Translations under genes and position numbers: made by a program
Notes under the pieces: model-generated
What the model saw: only the letters and a program-made list of their open reading frames with translations
What the model was told of the DNA's origin: nothing
Databases searched by the model: none
Virus record (IMG/VR): IMGVR_UViG_3300022753_000048
Span: 1-64,000 of that record
From: an uncultured virus (IMG/VR IMGVR_UViG_3300022753_000048)
Taxonomy: Duplodnaviria; Heunggongvirae; Uroviricota; Caudoviricetes
DNA: 64,000 nt
Reading direction: 5' to 3' (one strand)
In this document: piece by piece, positions 51,287-63,023 of the stretch
Position numbering within the stretch: position 1 is the first letter of the stretch
How the letters are laid out: the number at the start of each line of letters is the position of its first letter

Positions 51287-54200
51287 ATGTGCGAGTTGAT
51301 TTTAGGACTTTGCCTGCTAGGTAACTGGTTAGGCTGGTGTGATGTTTCATCTGGCTGGTTGTTGTTTTGGTTTGTAATAGCTTGCTGTGAGTGAGCGATT
51401 TTGAATTTATGGAGGACTAATATGAAAATCAGTTGGTCTCATGGCGCGCACGTCGCGTGTTTCGGTAAGATTTTCAACGATGGTTGGGGCGCAATCATCT
51501 GGATGAAGTGGCAGAAGAAGCCTTGGATTTGGAAGGTGAAGGTATGAAAGGTTTTTGGTCTGGTTTTTGGAGAGGATTCGTGTCTGCCTTTCTAATGTTT
51601 GTGTGCATTGGAGCTTTAGTTGGAGCCATTTGGTTACTGGCAATAATCAGTGAAGGACTGATGAAAGCCTATGGCGAAATAGCAGCGATAATTGTGCTTA
51701 TTGCTTTAACCATTATTGGCGCAGGTGTATTCCAAGGCTGTTGGGTTTATAAGCGATATCGCCATTATAAGCAGATAATCAAAGACCTGGAAGTGGAAAG
51801 AGCCGAAGACCCTGACCCTAGCTGTGATTATGATTATGAGATTGCTAGTGCTGAGAACAAGCTAAAGAGCTTGTTAAATGGCGATTATTATTATGAGGTA
51901 TGTCGATGAAACAGTTGCGAATTAAGTATACCAAATCCCTAATGGTTGATGTTGATGACTACATCACCAAAGAACAAATTCGTGAGTTGGTAGAGATACT
52001 TGCCGCAGAAGAGGTATTTCAAGATGGCGAGTATGATGAAGTGGATTGGGAGGTAATTGAATGATTGTCAAAAAGTATTGGCGTAAATATAAAAATAGCC
52101 GGCATAGTGATCGTATGGGCTGGTTTCTTTTTGGATTTATTCCGCTTTACGTTGAAATGCATCCTTGGACTTTTTAAGAAAGGAGTAACATCATGGCAAA
52201 GGTTCATTATTCTCCCTGCGACAAGCTCACCTATAAGGTGCTCGCGCAGTATGGTTGTCAGTCCTCTCAGCAGGTTCGCACTTGTATGAACCGTCTTTAT
52301 GATGATTCCTACTCTACTGGCTCTATCGGAGCCAGTCTGCGCAAGATGGCGCAGAAAGGTGTGGCCGCTTCCTCTTTAAATGAACGTGGTCAGAAGATTT
52401 ATTGGATTACCGACTATGGTAAGGAGTGTGCAAAGGATTATGAGTAAAAAGAATTATTGGATTGTTAATAACACCTACAATAATTCCAGGATGCTTATCA
52501 TTTGTCCTATTTGCGCAGAATGGTATGAGATTCCCAACAGTCTTGAAGAACTGAAGTGTTATCGTCATTGCCCTTGGTGCGGTGAGCCATTGTTCGTAAA
52601 GGAGAACAAAGATGGAGCGAATTGAAGTTCAGTATGTAAATGAATATAGAAAGAAAGAAAGTGTGGGTGGCTTGGCTTTTGTCGTACTGACAAGTCTTGG
52701 TTTTCTCGTAGCAGTTGGCGCCCTGTGTACTCTCTTGTGGGTAATACGATGATTAAAGAAGAAAAGAAAGATCTCGTAGATAGACGAGAACTTTATAGGC
52801 TTATGGTTAATAGAATGAATGAAAAAAGCAATGGTGCAACTTTGAATTCATCTTTAACTTTAGGTGAATTTATGGAGATTCTTTTTGATTTGCCTTTACA
52901 AGATGAACTTAATGCCGTATGGATTTTAGATGGCTCAATTTGGCGTTGCTCCTGGTGCAGAATGTCTGCGCTTGAAAGTTTCGGCAAATCTTTTCCTTCA
53001 AAACATTGCCCTTATTGTGGCCGTCGTATGAAAATGGAGGGTAATCTTGAAAGTAAAACGTGATGAACATTGGATAGCAAAAATCCAAATGTTTCCTGGT
53101 GATAGATTAATGAACCGAGTAGTCTGGATTTATCAAGTTGAGAAGAGCGGTGATATTGGATTCATGTTAATTGGTGACGAAGATGTATATTGGCGCTCTC
53201 AGGTTGAATGGTTTGAGCCTATTCGGAGATTGGCGGTAAGTGAAAATGATGTTGAGTGAAAATCATGAATTAGGTTTTAGTGCTGCTAAAGCAAAAGGCA
53301 AAGGTTGGGAAGAGGTCAAGCCTCGTCCCATCAGAGTTGACTATGGCTTTAAGTGTAGAGACTGTGGCGCGCAGATTGATGGTTTTGTAGTAAGTCCTCG
53401 ATTCTGTCCTTATTGTGGAAAGGAGCATGGATAAATGGCTGAAATAAAGCGTTTTACTGCAGAACAAGCAAGAGCTATGATGCCTTCAAAGAAAACATTT
53501 TCTGGATATGAAATATTGTTAAATTATACTTATCGAAATATTAAAGGTGCAGCAGTAGCTAATAAAAATTTTGTTTATATTAACACTTCTTCTTTTTTAG
53601 GCAACAGTATTGTCAATGTTCTTAACACTCTTAAAGAAGATGGTTATTCCGCTGAATATGATTACAGCGCAGACCGAATTATAGTGAGGTGGTAAAGTGT
53701 TTGATCGTAAAGATATTAGTGCAGTAGAAGCGAGAGGAATTGTAGCAGGCGTAAACTGGGATGATTTTGTTGATAGCAAAATCAAGCAGTGTAATGAACA
53801 AATTCGTACCTATGCTAAGTATGGTTATCGTGAAGCACGTGTTGACCTTTGGTCAAAAGAACAATATGTTTGGAACAAGGTGATAGAACATTTTGAACTC
53901 AAAGGCTTTGAAGTAAAGCGTGAGTGGTGTGGCCTTATTTTTAAGTGGTGAGGAGATTTATGAAAAGTTTTTCCAAAAAATCTGAGCGCAAACCCGAACG
54001 TTTAACTGCGGCACAGGCTCGCGCGATTCCTATTGAGGATTCTCTAGTTGAGAATGTGTTGCAGGAAATGTACAAGGGGATTCGAGAAGTTGCTAGTCAT
54101 GGTGGTTCTGAAATTCTTTGGCGCCATAGTTCCTTTTCAGATGGTGTAAAGGAAATTGTTAAGCAGCGACTTATTGATGATGGTTATCATGTTGTTGATA

Positions 54201-54683
54201 GTAGAAGTGCTTTTGTTTGGAAGATAATTTGGAGGGAGCTGTGGTAAATGACTTGGAGAGAAGTTGGCTATAAAATTTTGGTTATTTTTATTGCTTTGGC
54301 GCTGTGTACGTGTCTAAGTGTGTTTCTGAGTTCTTGTGGACGACCAGGTCCTGGATATGATTCCTATGGTGGAACTTTGTTTGAACGAGTGACTACTTAT
54401 GACGATTGTAATGTTTATCGTCACAAAGGCAACAATGTATTATACGCCTACAGTGGCTCTGGTTTTACTGTGATGCTTAATCCAGATGGTACAGCTATGG
54501 TATGGGAAGGTCGTTAAGGAGGAGTTGTATGGAAAAGTTTACTGCGGCGCAGCTTATAAAGTAAAAGATTTTCTGGAAAAAGATGAAGGATATAGCGTTA
54601 TCTTGTCACTAATGATGACTTCATTTAGTTTTTGTATCAATTGGCGCGAACCCGAAAATTTTTCCAAAAATCCTGTCGGTTGA
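51287..54683 (+). other. operon of ~15 small hypothetical CDS including CPxCG zinc-ribbon proteins (52440, 52749, ~53267), a wHTH-like protein (52193) and A.EAR paralogs (53435, 53697, 53960)
   Basis: Tightly coupled ORFs after an early promoter at ~51229. Confidence 0.6.
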
Positions 54684-54699
54684 TGCTGTTCGCGCCGAA

Positions 54700-55128
54700 T
54701 CAATTAATTTCACCAAACCAGCCTTTTGCTTTAGCTAATTCTTCTTTTTGAATTGTCTCAATTCCTAAATATGGTTGTTGTTTTAATTTTAGAGTCTGAA
54801 TAGCTTCAAGGTAATTACAAGGAATTCTTTGATTATTGGTTGAAAGTTGTTGATTGAATAAAGGCTAGTATAGAAATATATAATCTCTTTCTTTTTGTTT
54901 TAGATTTTTAGGATTTACACTTTCTATGATATTAAAAGATATTTCGTGACCTCTTTCAAGAAAGTTTTTCATAAGAGGATACCACAATTCTTGGCTATTT
55001 AAAATATTATAACGATGAGAAAGAGCACGACCATATAGGTCAGCGCTCTACCCTATATATACCACTCTGCCATCAATACTTATGGAGTAAATGCCACTTT
55101 TAATTCCATGATTATTAAAATCAAGCAT
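54700..55128 (-). CDS. GIY-YIG nuclease (TAG=Gln)
   Basis: SGIYSISIDGRVVYIG*SADL..R..SH...E...I..L*PLFN. Confidence 0.8.
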
Positions 55129-55276
55129 TATTTTTGTCCTCCTGTTCTAAGAATTTGATGATTGCGCGCCGCATAATTGAACTAACACTTTCTTGATATT
55201 TGGCGCAAAGTTGGTCAATTTTTTCTTTGGTTGCGCAGTCTACATAGGTTTGAACTTGATATTTTTTATTAGTCAT
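55121..55276 (-). CDS. ribbon-helix-helix (CopG-like) protein, 51 aa
   Basis: GGAGG RBS; KKYQVQTYVD...KIDQLC.....SVSSIMRRAIIKFL. Confidence 0.7.
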   Translation of the reverse strand: MTNKKYQVQTYVDCATKEKIDQLCAKYQESVSSIMRRAIIKFLEQEDKNNA

Positions 55277-56141
55277 TGATTAGACCTCCAAATATTTTCT
55301 AGAATTTTCTATAATTTAAGTCAAATTATCGTAAAATAAGGCAATTTATTTGAGGACTGAATTTTGGCATATAAAAATTTTCTGAAAATTCTGTAGCAAC
55401 TGATGGACAATTTACACATTTAAAATGTAAGTAAACTTATAAATATACTTATAATTAAAAGGGTACCGCAAGGTACTCCGCAACTTGTACTTCTACTTAT
55501 AAGTATATGTATAATTTATCTTATATTTAAAGGGCTAGTTGCAGCTGGCGTAGCCACGTACTCGGCCCGTACGTACATCTTCTTGTACATATAAATGTAC
55601 ATATATACGTACATTTAAAGGACCTCAATCCGGCCCGTCCGTACCGCAGCTGGTACAGCAGGAGGACACCTCCACTTATAATTATACGTATATTTATTGG
55701 GCATGGGCCCGCAAGTCCAGCTCGTAATGTGGCCTCGTAAAAGTCAGAGGAGACCTCGTCGTGCACGATGGCGGCTTGTTAGATAGTGAGTTATTTGAAT
55801 TTGTTTTAATTTGTTCCTGGCGCAAATTTTTATATACATCAAATTATAAGTATACTTATAATTAGAAGGGAGCATAAATAACACTTAAATCACAGCTCCC
55901 TTACAAATTTATTTATATGTATTGGAATTGCTTTTTTCTTACCTCCCTTACCCATCATTGGCAATTCCTTTACTTACCATGACCGTCACTCAAGGCCGAA
56001 CGAGTGGCGGTCTTTCTTATACGAAAAATTGTGAAAACTTGACACCAATGAAAATTTGACGTGACGGGCGCCGCATAAGTTTATACACAAAGAAAAATCC
56101 CCTAGACCCGTAGGTCTAGGGGACAATTCACTTGAGACAAC

Positions 56142-56522
56142 TCACTCAGCCGCAACAGCGGTGTAAGCTTTCTGAGTTCCCTTCTTGGGAATCTTAACCT
56201 CAGTCTGGACAGCCAGGCCCAGCTCAACAGCCTTACGGCACAGGGAGCTTGCCTTCTGAACCTTGATTTCCTCGCCCAGCATCTCGGTCAGCTCAGCGGC
56301 AACATCAGTTGCAGTCTTGGCTTCAGCGCCCAGAATTTCAGCAGCGACACGACGTGCCAGTGCTTCATTTGCATCACGCTTAGCCTGTTCCTTCTCGGAT
56401 ACCTTGCCCTTACGAGCTGCCAGCTGAGCATCCATCTTGATCAGCTGCTCTACAGCAAAGTCCTTCATTTCCTCGGTCATTTCGCCTTCGGATACCTTAA
56501 CAAAAAATTCACGCTTAGTCAT
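56142..56522 (-). CDS. winged-helix DNA-binding protein, paralog of 59142
   Basis: MT.REFF, TATDVA, KASSLCR..VE.G, KIPKKG..K.Y. Confidence 0.75.
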   Translation of the reverse strand: MTKREFFVKVSEGEMTEEMKDFAVEQLIKMDAQLAARKGKVSEKEQAKRDANEALARRVAAEILGAEAKTATDVAAELTEMLGEEIKVQKASSLCRKAVELGLAVQTEVKIPKKGTQKAYTAVAAE

Positions 56523-57046
56523 TTGCGTTTCTCCTTCTCGCGTTGGTCGCGACCCATAAAATGTTTATAAGTTAAGAGTTACATCTCTCTTACTTTCTAT
56601 ATATATTATACCAGAAATTTGTAGCTTTTTCAAATTTCGGCAAGTAAGATTTCCCAAAAGATTTTACAGCTTTTTCTGTTATATCTCTCTCAACCTTACA
56701 CATATATTATACCTTAAATTTCCAGCTTTTTCAAAGTTTAGCAGCTGCTATGAAAATTTGACAAAACGCAGCTGGCGCAGCTGATGTAGCTGGTTTGTAG
56801 CTGCTTTGGAAATTTGACAGGGGTGGAAACTTGACACCGACAGTGGTGCCGTGCCGGACAAGTCAAATTTTAAGTGATGTCAAATTTTGGCCCGCATAAA
56901 ATTCCATAATTATTTGTCAACTTGTTATGTCAACCTAAAGGAAAATTGTGTAAATTGCACAAAGAAAATTTGAAAAAATTAAATTTAGACGCAACACGTC
57001 TAAATAACTGCCCATGAAAAATGTCCGCCAGTGGCGGACACTTCTC

Positions 57047-57955
57047 TTAGAAATCACAGTCGATGTAATCAGCAAATTCGGGATGCTGATATACAAACTT
57101 TTTAACAGTGCCGAGGATACGGAAGGGGAAATACTCAATTCCCATTTCAACCTGATTCTTGGCTTTCTTGACAATCAAGGCGAAAATCTCACTTTCGATG
57201 TCGGCATCGTCAATGGCGGTGTGGGCTTCATCAAAGTCCAGTTTACCAGAGGCGAATCTGTAAGCGGTTTCGGCAGAGGTCTTGAAATATTTTCCGCTTT
57301 CGGTCTGCCATCCGTTGCGCAGGCAAGTCGCCTTATATTCATCATTATCCATGATGTACTTACAGGACAGGCCCCAGAGGTCAAACAGGGGATAAACTTT
57401 GCCACGGAAGCGGAAAACATCGGGGTCAAACTCTTTGGAATTGGAGGAGCCAAAACCGTTTGCGATTTTTTCGCAAATCTGATTCTGATTTCTCAGCCAG
57501 TCATGGAAGTCGGGGGAGTAAAGCTGATTGATATACAACTCAGTAAAGGGGATTGCTTTCTTGAAGTCAAACATGGAGTTATAGGCGCCGACAGCTTCGA
57601 CGTGCTCCATGTCCGCCACCAGTTCAGCGGAAGCGGTTTTCCAGTCGGTCAAAGTGATTTCGCCCCGGTTCAGCTTCTCGATATATAAAGGACGTTTGGA
57701 AGCATAATAGGCGGTATCGAAAATGGAAGGGACGGAGAAGATCTCAGAAATCAGAAAATTTTTCCGGCTGTAGACTCTACCCTTTTTGTCGATAATTTTC
57801 CAGCCCAGGTCATAAATGAGCGGTTTTGCAATCGCCACATTTTTCTTTGCTTCTGCCGGCAGGTTGCCCGCGCAGGGCAGGGTTGCGGATTCGCAATCCA
57901 ACACAAGATAATACTTGCGCCGACGGTCAAACTTCACACTAACGCTTGCTTTCAT
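57047..57955 (-). CDS. DEDDh 3'-5' exonuclease
   Basis: VLDCES, AYNSMFD, EAHTAIDDA. Confidence 0.85.
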   Translation of the reverse strand: MKASVSVKFDRRRKYYLVLDCESATLPCAGNLPAEAKKNVAIAKPLIYDLGWKIIDKKGRVYSRKNFLISEIFSVPSIFDTAYYASKRPLYIEKLNRGEITLTDWKTASAELVADMEHVEAVGAYNSMFDFKKAIPFTELYINQLYSPDFHDWLRNQNQICEKIANGFGSSNSKEFDPDVFRFRGKVYPLFDLWGLSCKYIMDNDEYKATCLRNGWQTESGKYFKTSAETAYRFASGKLDFDEAHTAIDDADIESEIFALIVKKAKNQVEMGIEYFPFRILGTVKKFVYQHPEFADYIDCDF

Positions 57956-58112
57956 AATAAATCAAATCCTTTCTTTATTGGTGGGGTGTACCTTCGTTTC
58001 CCTCACCTGACATGGATATAATACCATATATGAAAACAAAAGTCAATACATTTTCCAAAAATTCCAGAACTTATTTAGGCGTAATACGTCTAAATATAGG
58101 AAAAGCGGAGCA

Positions 58113-58451
58113 TTACTGCCCCGCCTCCTTTTTTGCTTCCTGCTTTGCTTTTTTCTTTGCGGCTTCGGCTTCCTTTTCAGCCGCCTTTGCCGCCTTTTTC
58201 TCAAGGCTCATTTTGTAGTCCTCGGCCATGGAGTAGCCGTCATAGGGGTCGCCGCCACGCTCGCCAGTAGGGACTTTGAAGGTCAGCACAAGCCAGCGTT
58301 CCTCACCGTCACTGTCAACGACAGGCAGGGCGATTTCGTTGGACTTTACGCGCAGAACTTCCTCACCGCAATTTTCGAGATGCTCGGAAACACCCTCCAA
58401 AAAGCGCAACTTGATTTCTTCGTCAAGTTGCTTCCTAGTCAACTTTGCCAT
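58113..58451 (-). CDS. hypothetical protein with Lys/Ala-rich tail
   Basis: Own promoter and AAAGGA RBS. Confidence 0.7.
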   Translation of the reverse strand: MAKLTRKQLDEEIKLRFLEGVSEHLENCGEEVLRVKSNEIALPVVDSDGEERWLVLTFKVPTGERGGDPYDGYSMAEDYKMSLEKKAAKAAEKEAEAAKKKAKQEAKKEAGQ

Positions 58452-58563
58452 CTGTAATCATCCTTTCCTTTCTGATTTACATGGATATTTTAACATATAA
58501 TTTTTTATTTGTCAATAGAAAATTCCAGAAAATTTAGACGTGTTACGTCTAAGTAAAAGTCAT

Positions 58564-58995
58564 TCATTTCTGAATGACCTTATCGAGAGAAGTTTCTGCG
58601 CTGACTTCTTCCCAGTTTTCGACGTTGTAATATTCTACAACTTTATCTGCGCTGGAAATCATCATCATAGAATATGTAGTGTTGGGTTCGCCGCAAAGAA
58701 TTTGTACAACTCTTTTCCCAGCGGCCATAGCATAGCCAGCTTCCCAAGCTGTGCCGCTGTCGGAGTACATACCATGGTTCATAACGAGAACTACATCACA
58801 GTCATTGATGGCGCGCACATCTTCATCGAATACATAGCCAGCCCAGGTTTTATTCGGCATCTGCCAGGCACCTTCGATTGTATGCTCACGAGGAACATAA
58901 ACATCATAACCCTTGGCGCGCAGACCTTCAATTGCCCCTTCGTACATGAGGATTTCATTGATATTAAAGAAGGGAGAAGCAAGATAAATTTTCAT
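58564..58995 (-). CDS. nucleoside 2-deoxyribosyltransferase family protein
   Basis: IYLASPFF, D..AI..CD, DSGTAWEAGYA. Confidence 0.9.
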   Translation of the reverse strand: MKIYLASPFFNINEILMYEGAIEGLRAKGYDVYVPREHTIEGAWQMPNKTWAGYVFDEDVRAINDCDVVLVMNHGMYSDSGTAWEAGYAMAAGKRVVQILCGEPNTTYSMMMISSADKVVEYYNVENWEEVSAETSLDKVIQK

Positions 58996-59141
58996 TTTTA
59001 TTTTTCCTTTCTTTTATTTTCTATAAAAATTATATCATAAAATTTTATTTTTGTCAAATTATTTTTGTTTATTGTTTAGACGCAAGACGTCTAAATAAAA
59101 ATTTTTGAGAAAAAGGGCGAGATTTCTCTCGCCCCATTTTA

Positions 59142-59534
59142 TCATTCGGCATCAGCCGTGGTTGCCACGGCGTACTGCTTCATCTTGCCCTTCTTGGGAA
59201 TCTTGATTTCGGTCACGGTCAGGCGACCATCTTCGACCATCTGGCGACACATGGAGGAAGCCTTGGAGGTGGAAACTTCATCGCCATCAGCGGTGGTCAC
59301 GCCCTGCTTGTTGAGAGCTTCGGCAATGTCGGGAGAGGTCATGCCACCCTTTTCGGTCAGCAGGTTCAGAATGGAAATCTTGAGGGGTTCGTTCGCCTTG
59401 GACTTGGCGGACTGCTGTTCAGCACGCTTGGCGTTGGTTGCATCCAGCTTCGCAATCTGCTCCAGGGCGTGTGCAACTTCGGCTTCGCCAACGATATTCT
59501 TGGACACATTCACAAAAAACTCACGGTTAGTCAT
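59142..59534 (-). CDS. winged-helix DNA-binding protein, paralog of 56142
   Basis: MTNREFF, MTSPDIA, KASSMCRQMVEDG, KIPKKG..KQY. Confidence 0.75.
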   Translation of the reverse strand: MTNREFFVNVSKNIVGEAEVAHALEQIAKLDATNAKRAEQQSAKSKANEPLKISILNLLTEKGGMTSPDIAEALNKQGVTTADGDEVSTSKASSMCRQMVEDGRLTVTEIKIPKKGKMKQYAVATTADAE

Positions 59535-59873
59535 AATAGACTCCTTTCATATTCGGCGGTAGGTTCGCCACCCATTTTATTTAGCAGAGGGTTCCTGTCC
59601 CTCACTGCTTTATCATTATAGCACATATTGTACTGGTTGTCAAGGGGTTTTTCAAAAATAATTTTTGAAAAATTTTGTCTGCCGAAAAGGTAGGACAGTT
59701 ACAGCATCTGACAAAAAGGTTCGACCATCGTGGACAACATCACGCACCGCAGAGCCTACTTGGGTTGGTTCCCCTCCCCTTGACACCAATATAATATCAT
59801 AGATTTTCCAAAAATGCAAGAACTATTTTCGGATGATTTAGACGTAATACGTCTAAATGAAAAGAACTTGACC

Positions 59874-60332
59874 TTAAAGGCCAAGTCTTTTCAGAATTGT
59901 GAACAGCTCCTGCTCATCGTATGCGCCATCGCCCCAGTCGTGGCGGACAGCTTCATTATCATCAAACAGGATTCCGCCAGGTTCGTCACCAACCAGATGT
60001 TTGGGAGTGCCGTAGGGAACAACATGAATTTCATCCCAATGTACAGCCGGGAGATTAGTTGCCAGCCAATTCAGCTTTGCAGTCTTGGTTGCTTCATCAA
60101 ATTCCGGTGTAGACTCTTTAGAAGTCCAGGTGATGATTCTCAGCTTATAACCACAACCCTGTAAGCGGTTTAGCTGTCGGGTCATCCATGTGCGATGGAA
60201 CATAGGGCGCGCCACCTCATAAGGATGTGTATCAAATGCGCGAATTGCTTCGAGCCAGTGCGGAACATTGTAGAAATCTGCAATCGTTCCATCCATGTCA
60301 AAATTGATATAAACGTTTTTCATTTGAATCAT
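59874..60332 (-). CDS. HAD 5'(3')-deoxyribonucleotidase-like protein
   Basis: FDMDGTIAD, K..WL, ILFDD. Confidence 0.8.
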   Translation of the reverse strand: MIQMKNVYINFDMDGTIADFYNVPHWLEAIRAFDTHPYEVARPMFHRTWMTRQLNRLQGCGYKLRIITWTSKESTPEFDEATKTAKLNWLATNLPAVHWDEIHVVPYGTPKHLVGDEPGGILFDDNEAVRHDWGDGAYDEQELFTILKRLGL

Positions 60333-60464
60333 TCCTTTCTTTTCTGTAACAATATAATATCATATATTTTCTAAAAAATCAAGTTTTATTTTGAAAATGT
60401 TTAGACGCAATACGTCTAAATATTCTACAAAAAGAAAGGAAGGGGAGTTTCCTCCCCTCCTATA

Positions 60465-62989
60465 TTATTCCGCAGTAACTTCTGCGATAACTTCTTTCAT
60501 AATGGTTGCGAGTTCTGCTTTGGTTGCGCCGAGTTCCAGACTGATGAGAATGGAGTCAACCGCTTTCTTGCGCTGGTCACGCACTTTCTTTTCATGCTCA
60601 TTACGAGCCACGGACAAGGAGCTGTTCCAGTCCGAGTGGGACAGGTAGCAGTTGGAATTGTGGTAAATCTTGAAACCTTCGGGCAGGTGGGTGACACCAG
60701 CAATCAGCTGAGCCGCATATTCATTTATCTTTTCATTCAGTTCCTCTGTAGTCTGAATCATAGCCGCTCTAGCGGTATTGTATTCCTCGGTGGGCGCACC
60801 GTAAGGGATTGCCTTTTCTACTTCCTGGCGCACAAACTCTGCAATTCTTTTGGACACTCTCATAATTTTACTTCCTTTCTGTCTTTGGGTATCTCCCCTT
60901 GACACCTATATAATACCATAGACCTAATCGAAAGTCAAGAACAAAATCATCCTTGTTTAGACGTAATACGTCTAAACAAATAAAAAGAGGAAGTCATTCG
61001 ACTTCCTCAATATCCACCAGACAATCAACGTCAACAATCAAATCATCATAAATGGATTCAGTATTGTTGTCATTGAATGTAATAATGACCAACTGGTCAA
61101 CCACATAACCTTCACCACGGATACACCATGCTTCACCAGCCCAGTCAACGAATGTGACCCAGCCAGTAGATTTATCAACTTCTATCACCCGTGCAGGTGA
61201 GGTGTATGTGCTGGTTGGGTCGAAAGATTCGCCTTGAGTCCAACCAAAAGTATAGGCGCCAAAGGCAACGAAGATGAGGGCGAGGATGACACTGATTAAA
61301 TGGATAGTATTCTTTTTCATATTGGTATTCCCCTTTCGTTTTCTGTAAGTACATTGTACCATGGACGTGCGGAAAAGTCAAGAATATTTTTCAGAAAATT
61401 TAGACGTGATACGTCTAAATAGAACCTGGTTATTCGTTACCAGAAAACGCTCCACCTTAGTTAAAATTATGGTGGCAATTGGTGCCAGGTTTGGGCGGAG
61501 TGCCTGCTTCCGACTGCCTCCCTATCACCCACGGCAGCAAGGGGAGAGTTGCCATGCCCGTGTCCGTTACTCTCAACCGACCTTGTACCTGTATTATACA
61601 CAATAAATTCCAAAAAGTCAATAACTAATTTCCCATGATTTAGACGGAACACGTCTAAATAAAATTCTAGAAAGGAAACGGCGCATTTCTGCGCCGAATC
61701 TGTCAAATATTAGATAGACTTTTCCTGAATGGGTTCGCGCAGTATTTCTACAATTTTTGCTACTCCCTCGGTAAGGTCTTTCGCTTTATCAAAATAAATT
61801 GTTTGTCTCTCACTGTTGTGATAACGAACTTCCAAAACAGTGCTAGATATTGGAGAAATTTTTGCAAAATTTTCCAAAGAGACGATTTGATCCTTGTAGA
61901 CAAAAATTTTCATATTTTTCCTTTCTGGTTTTTGGGATTTTCCTTTCCCTTTCTAAAATTAGTATATCACATGAATTAGGAAATTGCAAGAAGTTTTTTC
62001 GCTTCATTTAGACGTAACACATCTAAATAAAAATTGAGAAAACAAATGGGTGATTATCTCACCCATTTGCCAGTTTTTGCAAAAATTGCGGCATCTTGTA
62101 CGCATCTTTTTCCAGAACTTGTCTTTTCTCTCAAAAGTCTAAGTCTTTCCTGTACTTTGACCACCTCACTATGAGGATAGATTTCTTCCTGTCTGCGGGC
62201 AACTCTTTCCATAAGCATGGAAACAGAACTTTCATGAATGATAATATATTTTACAGTACCATTACCACGATTGGATAAACGTCTTTTGTGTTCTCTTGCT
62301 TCCTCAATAGTGGGAGCATTGCGCTGACAGTGGCAAATAACCTCACCACTTTTCATGTTTTCTCTGTAACTATAAACTTTATACATATTATTCTCCTTTC
62401 AAAATGTGAGGGCGATTACTCGCCCTCGTCCTCAGCTTCCATGTCTTCGCGCTCATCCAGCATCTTGCCGATAAGGGTCTTGGCGCGCTCAACGTAGTCT
62501 TCCATCAGCTCGCAGGTGCGGTAGCACACTTCCAGTTCTTCGGTGCTTGCTTCCAGTCTCACGCCCTCGCCCAGGCGGTCACTCTTCAGCATGGCAGCAT
62601 CGCTCTCCAGCAGGAACAGTAGGTCATGGATGCGCTTGATAGTCTTCTCGTTGTTGTACTCCATTGTTATACTCCTTTCAATGGGGCTGTTAAAACAGCC
62701 CCTCTTCCTTTCTTTCATCATACAGCATATCACCGAGGACTTCCATTGCTTCCTCGTAGCTCAGCGGCTCGTCATCCAGCTCAAGCAGGTGGCGCATATC
62801 AGCTTCATACTCTGCGTAGTCAACTTCAGCTGCGGCCATAGCTTCTTCAGCAGTTTCGTAGCCATCAAAGCCATCCTGGGTCATGATGTGCTCGTAATAC
62901 CAGCCGTTCTCGTCTTCAGCCACACGATACACATAGGTGTCATCGTCAAAGCCCAGGTGCTTTCCATTTTCTTCATACCATTTCAGCAT
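60465..62989 (-). other. hypothetical CDS cassettes (60465-60863, 60994-61320, 61710-61913, 62054-62386, 62416-62664, 62690-62989)
   Basis: Each has an AAAGG-type RBS, most with their own promoter. Confidence 0.65.
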
Positions 62990-63023
62990 AATAAAACTCC
63001 TTTCAAAGTGGAAAGTCTGGAGC

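Larger units (their letters stand above)
56984..62027. repeat. 10 copies of palindrome TTTAGACG-N5-CGTCTAAA (56984, 58074, 58533, 59075, 59837, 60400, 60956, 61399, 61639, 62007)
   Basis: Directly visible; all copies are intergenic and upstream of minus-strand transcription units. Confidence 0.92.

Noticed and set aside
56984..62027. Palindromic repeats as a CRISPR array
   Set aside because: Spacing is 240-1100 bp and contains whole genes and promoters; no cas genes seen
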